64,000 nucleotides of DNA. It comes from Camelus ferus (lineage: Eukaryota). Position 1 is the stretch's first letter; each line of letters begins with the position of its first letter. Below the pieces are notes generated by a model. The model was not told where the DNA came from. It did not search any database and saw only the letters and a list, made by a program, of their open reading frames with translations. Positions 1 to 13,537 of this stretch are shown here, piece after piece. The position numbers were made by a program, and so were the translations under genes. The stretch is taken from positions 17,176,001-17,240,000 of the forward strand of contig NC_045696.1 in the NCBI RefSeq assembly GCF_009834535.1, in the 5' to 3' direction.

Positions 1-249
1 GATTCAAACTTTACAAATTCTGTGCCAACATTGCAATTATCAGGATAAACATTGCCTTTTAAGCAAAATGAGGAAACAAATCAATGAAAAGGAATATATT
101 GCCAAAGTAGAAAAATTTAAAGGAAAAAAAAGAAAAAATTAAAGGATTAAACTATATGTTGTCCATAAGAAAACTTCTTTAAATATAAAGGTCTATATAT
201 GGAACAACTAAAAGAATGAAAAAATGAATTATATATCTACATATTAGCA

Positions 250-900
250 ACGAAGAATCAGAAATTGAAAAACATATTTATAATAGCATAGAAATAACAG
301 ACATAATGACAAATTTGACATAAGATGTGCACATTGAAGACAACAAAATACTGGCACGCTAAATGGCACACTGAAAACAACAGAATATTTCAGAAAATTA
401 AATACCTAAAGAAACGGAGGAAACTTCATGGATAAGAATGCTTAATAATTGTTAAAATGTTTATTTTTCACCATGCAATATATATCTTTAACACAATCCC
501 AAATCAGTATCCTAACAAACATATTTTTTGGTAGAAAATTTTAAACTAATTCTAGAGTTTATATGGAGATTTACATATATATATTATAAGTATGTATATT
601 TATATATATTTTATAGGTATACACACACACACACATACACACACCACACTAGTAGAACCCAAACACACCAATTAAACCACAGAGAAAAACAAAGTTGAAA
701 GGTTTACATTATCTCTATCTATGTTAGTTTGCCTTTTATCCCCTGAAATATGTTGTGTATTTTTCAAGTCTGTCTGAGGACTGGGTTGGCTCCTCTTCCT
801 TCCCTCTTTTGCTGTCAATGATGTCCTCCAATCAGACTGGGTAGATCGTCTTTTCTTTACTTGCCCCAAAGCTATCATAAAATAGCAGTACTCACAGCAG
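250..900 (+). mobile_element. Old L1 ORF2 fragment (L1M), interrupted at ~722-865
   Basis: Degenerate L1 ORF2 sequence: cttcatggataagaatgcttaataattgttaaaatgt, aacacaatcccaaatc, aactaattctagagtttatatgga, aacaaagttgaaagg. Confidence 0.65.
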
Positions 901-2651
901 TGATTCCAAGTATGAACTTGTCTATACCTTCAAATAAATAAGTTAGTAGTTTTGCAGGTTGAATCTTCTATGTATTAAAGAGGTAATAAATTACTGTAGC
1001 AAGTCCATTTTTTCATAAAATACCTATACTTAGATCTATGTAAAACAAATGCTCACATTAGAAAGATTACCTTTCTTGTACTAATTTTAACAGAAATCGA
1101 ATTCTTTCCTGTATTTCTCCAAAACCATGGAAGGCACACACATTCTGATTCTTACTCCTTCCCTCTTTCCCCCTCACTTCTCACCTGTTAACAACCTTAG
1201 TTCCTCCAGCATCCCACTCCCCAATCCCACCCCCAAACTATGTGGCTTTCACCATTTCTGTCATCTTTCCTGAACCCAGATTGAATGAACCTTTAAAAAG
1301 TAAACCCTTCTCCTTGTCTCCGTATTTGAAGCTTCATCTGCTCTTTCACAAACAAATTGCATTTTCTTGTTAAAGGAGTCAAAAAGGATGCCTCTCAGAC
1401 GACGTAATTTTGAAGAACTTCAAGATTCTAATCTCCTTTAGATGGTATGAGGTAGGGGAAAACCGAGACTAAAATCGTTGTTTCAATGAATTCATACACA
1501 CACAACACACACTCACAAAGTAAATAACTTTAAAAACTGAAAAAGATAATTGAAATAGAATTTACAGCAAAATAAAATAGTTTCATCATATTATAAAAAA
1601 AGCATTTCAAACATTAACAAACACTATGTCAAATTGTATTATAATTTTCCTTTAAGGTAAATGACCTCAAGCAGGCCAACACTGCAATTTAATCTTAAAA
1701 GGAACACTTTATGAGAAATAAAATAATTACTCATTTTTAGACTGTGTAAAAAAAAGAGAAAAAAAATGCTGATCAATAAAGAATCATTGGATTCTTGATG
1801 ACAATAGATTCTCGATGGACAATGAAGTAGATTATTGTATTCTCACAAAAAAAGTTTTAATAGCATTAAATTTTTTAAAGAAAGCTATCGAAGCATTTTA
1901 TCAGAACTTAACTTTTTCTCAGTCGGTGATCATGGATCAGATCACACAAAAAAGTTTTGTGTTAGATTAGATTGGGGCCATTTTTTTAAACATTGATTTT
2001 ATCATGAAATATAGAGTATCCAAGATCAGGGCCTCAGGTAAAATTAAAATACAAAATGAGAACATATAAGTTAAAAACAGAAGTAGAAATATAGAAAGAG
2101 AGAATAATGAAAAAGCCAACTGAATATTTGAACTGCTGTAGGGTACTTGGTAACACTTTAGCTTCTATGGAAATGGTTTTGACTGTTTGAAGACAGAGAT
2201 GATTGACAGATTTTCCCATGGTCCCCTGATGGGGCACCACCACCATAGAATCTCTGACCCAGCAGCAGAATTTCAAAATTCTTTGAAATTTTTACTCTAA
2301 GCACTGGCAGCTGAGATAAAGCAGATTGTGTATGGTATGGATGTCAAGCTTTTAGAATTCATTGTTAAAACAGAAAATATTCTTTCTCTTAAATTTCATT
2401 TTCCTATACTTTCTGAGAGAAAAATGCGTAGAGAATTTCTATCACTTCATGGCTCAAGCAGAGAGACAGAATTACAGATTGAAACTGAAGTAATCCTCTT
2501 GAATGTCAATGATGAGTGAAACAATTATCAAGTTTCTAGCTCATCACTCCAGATACAATCTTAATGCAAAAAAAAGTCACTTGATATCCTATAGCCAAGA
2601 ATTTACCAAATTTATCATACTGGAAGTTTTAACTACAACAATTTGGCAGAA

Positions 2652-4095
2652 TACAAATTGAAAAAGAAGAAATAAAATTATCTCTGTTCACAGATGTGAT
2701 CTGAAATGCAAAAAATGTGAACAATTTCACAATAAATAGAACTCCTTTAAAAAAAAGCAGCAAGTTTGCAGGATACAAAATCAACACACACAAAAAAATT
2801 GTTGTATTTTTATATACTAACAATAAGCAACCAAAAAAATAAAATTGAGGGAAAAATCCTATTAAAATTGAAGAGAATAAAATACTTAGGAATAAAACTG
2901 AATACTCATCTTACACCATACATTAAAATCAACTCAAAATGGATTAAAGACTGAAACATAAAACCTGAAACTGTAAAATTTCTAAAAGAAGAGTTTGTGT
3001 CATTAGTTTTGGCAGTGATTTCTTGGTTACACCACCAAAAGCAGAGATGACAAAAGCAATAGTAAACTGGTTGGAATACATCATAATGAAAACTTGTGCA
3101 CAGGAAAGGAAACAATCAACAAAATAAAAAGACAACCTACTGAACTGAAAAAAAAAATATTTGCAAACCATAAACCTGATAAGGGATTAATAGCCAAAAT
3201 ATACAAGTAAGTTCTGTAAGTCATTAGCAGTAGCAACAAAAACTCAATTGAAAAAGGAGCAAAGAATTTCAATAGACATTTCTGTAAAGACATACAAATT
3301 GCTAACTGATATATGAAAAGATGTTAAACATCACTAATCATCAGGGAAATGCAAATCAAAATGACAATGTAATCTCATCTCACCTATGTTAAGATGGCCA
3401 GTGTAAAAACAAACAAACCAGAAAATAAGTGTTGGTGAGGATGTGGAGAAATTGGAACCCTTGTGCATTGATGGTGGAAATGCAAAATGGTGCAGACATA
3501 ATGGAAAATGTTATGAAGTGCTTAAAATATTAAAAATAGAACTACAGTATGATTCAGCAATCCTGATTCTGGATATTGTTGCAAAAAATTGAAATCAGGA
3601 ATCTTTAAACTGAAAAGTATTTTCACTCTTGTGTTCTTTGCTGTATTATTCACAATAAACAGGGTGTGGAGACAACATAAATGCACATGGTCTGAAGATT
3701 AAAGAAGATGTGATCTCTTATGGAATATTATTCAGCCATAATAAAGAAAGAAATCCTGTCATATGCCACAACATGGATGCACCTTGAGAACGTGATGCTA
3801 AGTAAAATAAGCCAGTCAGAGAAAGAAAAATACTACATTATTTCACTTATATGAGGTATTTAAAGTAGCCAAATTCATCAAAATAAAAAGCAGAATGGCA
3901 GTTGCCAAGGGTTGGGTAGAGGTAGAAATCTGGAGTTACCCTTCAAAGTGTATAAAGTTTCATTTACACAGGATGAAGAAGTTCTAGAGGTCTATCTATA
4001 ACATTATGCCTGTAGTTAATAATTCTGTATTGTACAGTTAAACATTTGTTAAGAAGATACATCTTGTGTTATGTGTCTTTTTTTACCACAATAAA
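2652..4095 (+). mobile_element. L1 (L1MA/L1MB-type) 3' ORF2 and 3' UTR with internal deletion
   Basis: gaaataaaattatctctgttcacagatg; aaaatcaactcaaaatggattaaagac; catcactaatcatcagggaaatgcaaatcaaa; tggaatattattcagccata; ends accacaataaa. Confidence 0.9.
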
Positions 4096-5906
4096 CAAGC
4101 AATGATTTCTATACCTGAGGTACTCCATGAAAAATCAGTGTAATTTATTTGGAATAATGTGAACACTCAAGCATTCACTCAGCAAAATATTATTGGTTGT
4201 AGTTATTTGCTTAGCATTGTGTCAAGTCAACAGAGCATTTTCATAAAGGCTGTAGTTTCTTCTGGAGAGAGACAGATTAACACTAGTGTGACATTTGAAG
4301 AAACTCATAGCTGTAAACTTAGAACAAAAATAAGGAAAATAAAATGAAAAAGAGGAAACTTGCCATGAATTGAAAGTTAAATACCTTTTTTTATTATTTT
4401 AGTAAATTCTGCATAAATAAATCCCTGATTGCATTCATGAATCATTCCTGAAGAGTGTATCATTTCAGCATAATAAATATCCCCAAGTGCCACTTTACTT
4501 CATTATTCATAAAAATAACATAAGTAGCTTTTTTGGAAACTAATACTTCAAAAATTCATACTAAATACATAATTATCAAATTCTCTATAATGGTAAAATA
4601 TCTTCTATGTTAGATTATCATAATATTTTAAATTCAAAAGTACAAAAGGAATGAAGATACATCATAAATCAAACTATTTCTAATACCTTTGGATACCACA
4701 GATAACATTTTCTTTCAACATTAAAGAAACTTTTATTAATAGATTTCTTGAAGCTGTACATTGGTATCCTTGAGATTTTGAACTTAAATTCAAATTTTAA
4801 AATATTTTGAAATAATCATAGACTCCCAGGAAACTGCAAAAATAGTCAAAGGTTTGGTTTTCATTTTGGGATTTTCCACTCTTCAAACAAGAATTCTCAG
4901 TGTATCAAATTTTTTTTTCTTCTTTTAATGTTAGAAGTAGACTGTTTTCTCCCATTGTAACGAATGTTTCTGGAAGTGTCTTTAAAAAGAGGAGTTGTTG
5001 CCCTAAATATTGAGTATACATGTCCAAATGCATCTAAGACAAAATAGTGCATGTTATATGCTCTTTGAGCAGCAATGTATTGCAAGACATTTCAAAATTT
5101 TGGAGATACTGTGTTAACAATGATAATGGTGAAAATTACAGGAACGCCAACACTGTAATAATGACTTTATATCCTAACAACTTCTCTCTGAGGTACATAA
5201 AGCTTCAACGACATAAGTTAAGCAGTTGGTTGCATTTTAATTCCACTTTAACACTTGAAAAATAGTATAGAAAAACAATATGTTGGTGAATTGAAGGTAG
5301 AAATTATTTCTTATGGAAAGCTAAAACCATGAGCCAGCTTCAGTTTTATTTTTGAATAAAAATATTAATTAAATGTGTGTGTGCTTCTTCATCTTGGTAT
5401 TATTATTATCGTTTTTATTTTGTGGCATCATAAGTATTTTTAAAATTTGATTTTAAGCTGGCATTGGAAAAAAAGCATAAAGATTAAAATAAATGAAACT
5501 GTATCAATTGTTAAAATTTGGGAAAATATTATCATTTTCTTTCAATCTACATCCCAGGAAATTTGTATTTATCAGATGGAAAAAATATTTGAAGCAACAA
5601 TAAGTATAGAATTAACTATATCAATTTAGAAGTCAAATCAAAACACAGAAAAATTAATTTTAAAAGATGAAGTTTTAAAGATTTTATTGTAATTTTTTAA
5701 AATGCCTCCATTTTGTGTGCAGTAATTATTATAATAAAATAAATTAGTACTTCATAAAACTGTATTGATAATAAAAAGCAGTGAAAATATATCAGAGCAT
5801 TCAAGATTCTCTAAAGAAGGTATTTATCAAAGTAATCTATTTTTAAATAAGTTACTAAAATATACATTGTTCACAAGACAGCAACACATTGAAAAATTAA
5901 GCAAAG

Positions 5907-6113
5907 TTATTAACTACTATATCTAAAGTAGATAAACATGTTTATACTATATAGCACAGGGAACTATATTCAGTATCTTGTAGTAACTTATGGTGAAAAA
6001 GAATATGAAAATGAATATATACATGTTCCTATATGACTGAAGTATTGTGCTGTACACCAGAAATTGGCACAACATTGAGAGCTGACTATACTTCAATAAA
6101 AATATATATTTAA
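5907..6113 (+). mobile_element. 5'-truncated cetartiodactyl/camelid L1 3' end with 15-bp TSD
   Basis: tatagcacagggaactatattcagtatcttgtagtaac...ctgactatacttcaataaaa. TSD aaaaattaagcaaag at 5892-5906 and 6114-6128. Confidence 0.88.
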
Positions 6114-8109
6114 AAAAATTAAGCAAAGAAAATTCTAATTTTCCCTCTAAGTCATATGTGTCCTTGAACAAGTCATCTAAACTCTACATCTCATTTTTTG
6201 TATGTTAATTGAGACAAAGGAATGGCCTTTTAGTGAATTTAAGAAGTAGTAAAATCAATTTTAATGCAACGTGAATCTAATAAAATAAAAATTACTATCT
6301 TACAGCAAAGAGAGAATAGATAATCTTACTTAGCAACTATCAGGAGCTTTGACTGGATTCACAAAATGGGGCAATTAGCAATTATTTATGAAGTTAACAT
6401 TTAAACCTTAAATCCAGGTATGAGAAGATTTTAAATAAATCAGTGCTATATAGAAAATGCACATCTTTCTTAAATTTCTACCGTTACATGTTCTGTATTA
6501 AATATCCTGATCATGTTTTCTAAAACATACATTCTTCTTGATCCATATTAGTTGTGTTACTATAAAGTTTTAATGTATAGTTTATTCATATGATCATTTC
6601 TTCTATGCGAATTTTAATGTCTTTTATCTTAAAAATTCAAATTCTGAATGAAAACATGTTTGGAAAACATTAAGCATAATTTTAGCTCTTCTTGTAACAT
6701 CATAAGGGATGAAAGATATCAATTCCTGGAATACAGTTTACTCACTATTTTGGTAACTGCTAGCTTTTTAGTTTGCAGGTAAAACAAGAGGAACTTCATT
6801 ACGAGAAAAAAATATGTGATAACAGTTAAACTGAAACATTGCTTTAGTGTTTTGTACATTTTTTGCAGTAGTATTTTAAAAATCCACAGACATGATTAAA
6901 TTTAGCCCCAATTAGATATAATACCGTTTACTTTAGCCTTATTAAATAATCAAATTATTTTTCAATTAATACTTTTGAAGATAATTTTAATTCTTCTAAA
7001 TTTTATATAAGCAAAATTATATTTAGCTGTTAACATTATAATCACTTGTTTGAGTTAAGATAATTTAGACAGAGTCTATGAAATAAGTTGATTTTTACCC
7101 TTCCTATATATCTTGAATTGCTGCTGTGATCATAGAACCTATTTTTATCCATTGAGATTTTTAAGAGTTTCTCAATTATTGGATTTCTATTATCTAAGAC
7201 ACTAAAATGTGCCAGTTTGGTATCTTCTTTCCTCAAAGGGATATCAAGATTTTGATTTGCCCTCTGATCTTTCATTCTTCAAACTTGTTTGAATGACATA
7301 TATCATTAGTATCAGAAAATACCCATTACACTAAAATATCTTCAATATAGTATAGAATTGTTTCATGCAAATAAAAAGCACAGTTGCTAAATTTTTTATG
7401 ATGTTTTCTAGAAATAGTAGAGCAATTCTGTTAATGCCTTGAAAAAATGTTTTGCTTATACAATAGTTTATCAGCCACATCCTCATAATTTGCTAAATAT
7501 CAATTTAGCAAATAGACTTTTGGGTTTCAATCATTCCTCTTGGTCTTCTGCAGGTACAACCCCTACTGGGTGGAGGGTTCTGAGTTTATTGCGAGTGACA
7601 GATAGACCACAAACCCTGTTTTAACTGCACCAGCTTCACCATTTTCCAGTTCAGTTACTCTGTGTGTGTGTGTGTTGGGGAGAGGGTAGGGATTTGCTTT
7701 TTATATTTTATTATGTAACACAGTTTATTGGGCTGAAAAATTGCAAGCCTCTGTTATAAACTGTATTATCCTATAGTTGTCTTGTTTCCAAAATAATTGA
7801 TTCTGGTTCTTTTACTGTGAAACTGTAAGAGCTCTAAACTTTTTATTTTTTACACAATTTGGCAGTAAATTCAATGTCGTATGAATTTCTGATCCATAAA
7901 ATCCCTTGAGAATCTTCATTTTAATGTTATACTTAGTCATAAGTTTACAGAAATTAATAATCTAAAAATGTTTATAAATATTAGAAAATTACTTGCTTAA
8001 CTAGGTTTACCTTAAACTGTGTTTTTTTGATAAATTGTCTTTTATGTTTCTAGTTACAGGACTATGTCATATATCATAACATGGTTAAATATGTATATGA
8101 ATTTGTCAT

Positions 8110-8290
8110 CTCTAGAAGACAATGTGTAAAATTTAAAATAACTCTAACCAGAAGAATTAGATACCAGAGTTCCAGTTGTTATTTTAAACTTCATGTATGT
8201 TTTAACTCATTGATCCTTTCTGGACCTCAGTTTTTGATATTGAAAACAGATAATAAATTTGAGTTCTAAACCTAAAGTTCTGTGATTCCA
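8110..8290 (+). mobile_element. MIR-like SINE fragment
   Basis: tcattgatcctttctggacctcagttttt...aaaacag...taaagttctgtgattc. Confidence 0.45.
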
Positions 8291-9534
8291 TTTTTTAAAT
8301 ATTTGTAGATTCCAAATGCTTAGCAGAAAATATATAAATCTGAAACAATAGTATGTTTTGAATTGAAGAATTAATAGATAGATTTGTTAAATTGTCATGA
8401 CTCCTCTAGGAAAGTTGTATGTCCCATTTCTCATGCATATATTGAGCTCCTTTTCTGTTTAGATAATATGTAGACACTGATGAAAACATAGGTGGTGTGA
8501 CATTGCTCTTGCTTTAAGAAAAACATTTTCAGAATATAGATTTCTATATACATAAATTACACTTGGAAGAGCATTGTTTATATTAATGAAAAGCCATGTT
8601 TAAAAAATAGTGACTAGATTCAATCTGGGTGAAGTGAAGGTTTTAAGTAGGAAATTTGGGAGATACTAAGAACATTTTGTACACTGTATACCCTTCTTTT
8701 ACACACCGCAAATTTTTCTACACTAGATGAATCTCCCAAATGATAAGCACCTGCAAGTTTAAAATTTAATTATATAGTCTTTCCCCCAATAAGTGATATA
8801 GTGAAGTTTTCCTGTATCAAATTCATCTAAAATTAAAGCTCACTTACTAATTGTAATTAATTAGACTAATTTATTAATTGATTAGATATTCTTATGCCAT
8901 AAGCCCAAATCGACAGTAAAGTCTGTGTCTAAGGAGATGAATGTCTCTAAGTAAATAGCCTAATTGATCTGTTGGTTAGTGTACTGGGGCAGGCATGACC
9001 ATGAAAGGACAATGAGGAACAGAGCAAACAGCAGGAGATACCCAAATATGTAACATTTAAGTTAAATAATTCTTATTTTAAGTCAATTTGCAATTTTGTT
9101 CAATTTTTGTGATAAATACATTATAAAAATGTAAAGCATTTTACAGCTTTAGATGGGTTGACCAATAAATATTGTTTTATTTTTTATGCTTTTTAATTCA
9201 GAGTTTAATTTTCTTCTTAATCTATAATAAAATGAGACTGAGAGGGCTTCACATCTTTCTGCAGGTGTTTCCCAGTTTATAGACATAATTTCACCAAACA
9301 AACTAAAGGGAGGGCATATATTGCAATATATGTAGAAAAGAACTGATTCTGTATATATAGGTATGAAATTCTAAAGACTAGAAATTAAACTTTTTTCTGG
9401 TATTAGTTGCTTCTGAATGAAGCCCATCATAGGTAAGTATATACTGATATAAGACCCCTTATTACCTTTGACTAAAATGCCTAAAATATTAAGAAATATT
9501 TTTAAAGTATATACCTAGTTAGACAGATAGACAG

Positions 9535-9967
9535 GTAGAATGGACTATTATTTAGCCTTAAAAAAGAAGATGATCCTGCCATTTGCAACAAAAGGATGCA
9601 CCTAGAGGACATTATGCCAAGTTTAATAAGCCAGATGTAGAAAGAAAACAAACTGTATCATCTCACTTATACATGGAATCTGAAAACGTAGAATACATAG
9701 AAGTGAAAAGTAGCACAGTGGTCACCAGGGATGTGGGGCAGGGAGGTGAGAGCAATGGGTAGATGTTGGACAAAGAGTACAAAGTTGCAGTTACATAGGA
9801 TGAATAAGTCTAGAGATCCAATATACAGCATGATGACTATAGCTAACAATACTTTATCGAATACTGGAAGTCACTAAGAGAATAGATTTCAGGTGCTTCC
9901 ATCAAACACAAAAAAATGGTAGTTATGTGAGGAGATGATACAGTAACTAGCTTGACTGTGGTAATCA

Positions 9968-10003
<36 letters not shown>

Positions 10004-10065
10004 AATATTTATATATCAAGTCATCATGTTGTATACCTTAAATACATACAATTTTATTAAAAATA
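9535..10065 (+). mobile_element. L1MA-type 3' UTR
   Basis: aatggactattatttagccttaaaaaagaag; tctcacttatacatggaatctgaaa; gaataagtctagagatc; catcatgttgtataccttaaatacatacaattttatt. Confidence 0.88.
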
Positions 10066-11085
10066 GCAAGAACTATTAAAAGATAAGATATATATTATAA
10101 AATAAAAATTTAATAAGAGGTACATGAAAATATCTCTGGAATATGTTGAGCATGTTCTTGCCAAATTAGAATTTAGAATTAGATGTTTACAGTCTGTTAT
10201 AGTCACCACTGTGGTCAAAAGTAGTCAGAGGAACTGATTGTGCATCTAAAGTTATATACATAGTATTTTTAATAATGCAAAGGAATTTCTGAAAAATATC
10301 ACACCACATTATAGAATAATGAAAAAAACTAAAATCAATTGTACCTTTCAAAAAGGTTGTTGTCCAAAAATAAGTTATGTGATAAAGATTTCAAATAAAG
10401 TATCTCCTGAGACATAAGAAAGTCACCAAATTATTTCATTAACATCATTAAGGCAGTTTTATTGATTTGTAAGTTAAAGAGAAAAACACTACATATATAT
10501 ACATATACACACATACATACATACACACAGACTATAACAAGGACCTTAATAATTCATTTTCACAAATGGTTAACAATGTCCAGTTACTTCTATAATAGAG
10601 ATTACAAAACTTTTATAAAGTTAGTTTATTTTACTGGTTTTCAAGCTATCTTGCTTAGTTCCATTAAAACTTTTAAATGTGGATTACGCTATCCCTTGTA
10701 TGATATAAAGATGAGTCATCTTACATGAGATCAACTTTTTTTTAACCTATTGTCTATGGCTATGCTAGAAAAAATGTTCAAGAAAGAGATTTTTTTTTTA
10801 AATAAAATCATTTCTTCTCTGAATAACGTATTTTTTCTTTGACATACTGTTTCTAGTATGTTTACTTATTTATACCTTTGGCTTCTTTCTTAAAGAATTA
10901 GTATTGCAATATATTCTATCAACTCAGAAGAAATGGTACTATTTTTATGTATGTCATCACTAGAATATGGGATAAATTGAAAAATGAGTTGCACAAAGTA
11001 TGGCTTCTTGGGACTCTTCTAAGTAAGGTCTAGATTTCATGTTGTATTAGAGCAGAAATGATTTCTTTGACTTCACAAACACATG

Positions 11086-11099
11086 GTTGCCATGGTAAC
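11086..11099. promoter_or_regulatory. RFX X-box-like palindrome
   Basis: gttgccatggtaac, 13/14 match to GTTGCCATGGCAAC. Function unknown. Confidence 0.3.
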
Positions 11100-12369
11100 A
11101 TTTTTCTACATTGCACATACTACTATGGGATATTGTCTAGCAATATAATTAAATTTTATTTCATGCATTTTGTACATTATTTTAAGTTATAACAATAAAA
11201 TACTCTTGGATTGGAGAAGAAAATTTGAAATTTTACAACTGCAATGCATTTTGTCCATAAGATTAATAAAAACATGTAAAATGGAGAATTATAACTTTGT
11301 TCCCTGTGCATGTTCAAATTAATGAATGTGCCTCAGGACAAGAATACCAAAAATTGTATGGAAAAATTTAAACTGATTAAAGCTGATTAAAATTACCACT
11401 ATCTGGCACTTTATATATTTTATTTATCTTTTATTTCTTCTTTTCTCAGTGTACTATATCTTTAACAGAGCAGAAATTTTGTTCATAACAGTGAATCTTC
11501 AGGACCTATTACAGTACCCAGTATACAGAAGGTGCAAAATAAATATTGTCAAATGTTAAATAATGAGATCTTATTATTTTTACAATTAGAAAATTATAAA
11601 CACCTTTAAGACATCTGTTGAAGTCAGAAATCAATATACTAATTCTTAATAAACTGTACATTGAAAGGCTTCTATTTTGATATTCCCTCAAATTTTTAAG
11701 GAATAATTCTTCTCCTTTTTGGTTCTGTATACTAACATCTATGTTAAGCAGAATAGACTGACCTCTGTAAGGGATGCCCTGTCAAGGTTCATTTTTCAAA
11801 TATACAAGCTTTCTGCTTTCTAATCACCTGACATATTTAATTCAAAAAATGCCCACTCACATGATTTGGAGTGACTTTTCTAACTCAAAACTAAAGAGAA
11901 GTTGGATTAAAAATTTGTCTCTTTTCTACTCTGGAAGTACTGAAATCAACTCTGTAGCACTTGTCAAAAGTGAATTGTTTGTGCTCTCTCATTAAGTATT
12001 TTTAGATTGAGATCATGGTGGTATTTAACTGAGAAAATAAGAAGTGTGTGTCTATTATATGAAAGAAAACTACGTGACACATTCTGAGTAAGGTTTCTGA
12101 TCCGGAATTTCTAACATGAGGTTATTGTAAAAATATTACATTCTCCTTTTAACTATAAATTTGTAGATCCAAACTGAGAAAAACCATAGTTATTTCAAGA
12201 AAGAAAATAGAGCTATGATGACACAATAAGGAAACACACGCCATTAACCGTTTTATCTTTGGAAACAGTTGATTTAGTGTTCATTTTCAATGAGCATTCC
12301 AAATCAAAAGCACTATTATATCAGTTTTTTTTCCTTAGCTCAAAGCTTACCAAGAAGTAAATAAACATT

Positions 12370-12388
12370 ATATACATATGTGTGTGTT

Positions 12389-12419
<31 letters not shown>

Positions 12420-12435
12420 GTGTGTGTGTATATAT
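12370..12435. repeat. (TG)n/(TA)n compound microsatellite
   Basis: Direct reading. Confidence 0.85.
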
Positions 12436-13049
12436 TTTTTTTCCCTCTAGGAGAATTCTCAGGCAGTTGTTAATAGGAAAATATTTAAAATGAAGTGTAA
12501 TTCTTAACCAAATTCAAGATAAATGATAGAAACATAGCTTCTTTACATTTACATATGTATTTACATATATATTATTTTAAAAGAAAAATACGCAGCACAT
12601 TTGTAATCATATCAGTGCGCTCTTTTTTTTCCCTGAACTTGAGTATGTATGAGATAGAAATTGACCAACATTTGTGAATCAACCAGTGTTATTGTAAGTT
12701 CTCCAAATCACTGGGCTTGACACTTCACACATTTAATGTACAATAAACAGTTTTAAAATTAGTAAAATATATTAATATATTCGCCCATGCAGTACCACAG
12801 CAGTAGACTAAAAAAAAAACATATGCAATGATACTCAATTTGCGACAACGTGTCAAGGAAGTTAATTCCTCAACATAATTTTTCTACAAATTCCATTTTT
12901 TGTAGATGTAAATATTTCCATCTAAATGATCAATTTATGTAAAATGAGAGAAAAATGACCTTTCTCTTTGCCTTTCAACAGGATTGACACTTGCCAATAT
13001 TGTTCACTTTGAGTTGTACATAATGGAAAGGGAAACGATTCATTCCACT

Positions 13050-13537
13050 TGTCCTTGGTTGGCCAAATAATGACCTCCCCAAAGATATCTGCATCCCATC
13101 CCTGGGATCTGTGACTGTTATTTTATATGGCAAAAGGGATTTTGCAGATGTGGCTAAATTATTGCTTTTGAGACTGATAGAATATTCTAGATTATCAAGG
13201 TGTGTCCTAAATGCAATCACATGTATCTTTATAAAAGGGAGGTAAAAGGAAATTTGGCATAATGCTTCCATTATGGTGAGCACAGAGGTAGATACTGGGG
13301 TGATGTGGTTACAAGCCACAGAGTGCCAGCAGCAGCAGAAATTGGAAGAGGCAAGGAATGGATTTGTTCCCTAGAGCCTACAGAAGTAGTGCAGTTTTCT
13401 TGATACCCTAGTTTTCTCCCAATGATACTAATTTCAGACCTCTAGTCTCCACAACTATGAAAAAAATGAATTTCTGTTGTTTTAACCCATCAAGTTTGTG
13501 GCAATTAGTTTTAGCAGCCATAGAAAAATCAAGATAT
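13050..13537 (+). mobile_element. MLT1 (MaLR) solo LTR, MLT1C/D-like
   Basis: aataatgacctccccaaagatat...tatatggcaaaagggattttgcagatgtg...gaagaggcaaggaatggat...tttctgttgttttaacccatcaagtttgtggcaattagttttagcagccatagaaaa. Confidence 0.85.
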
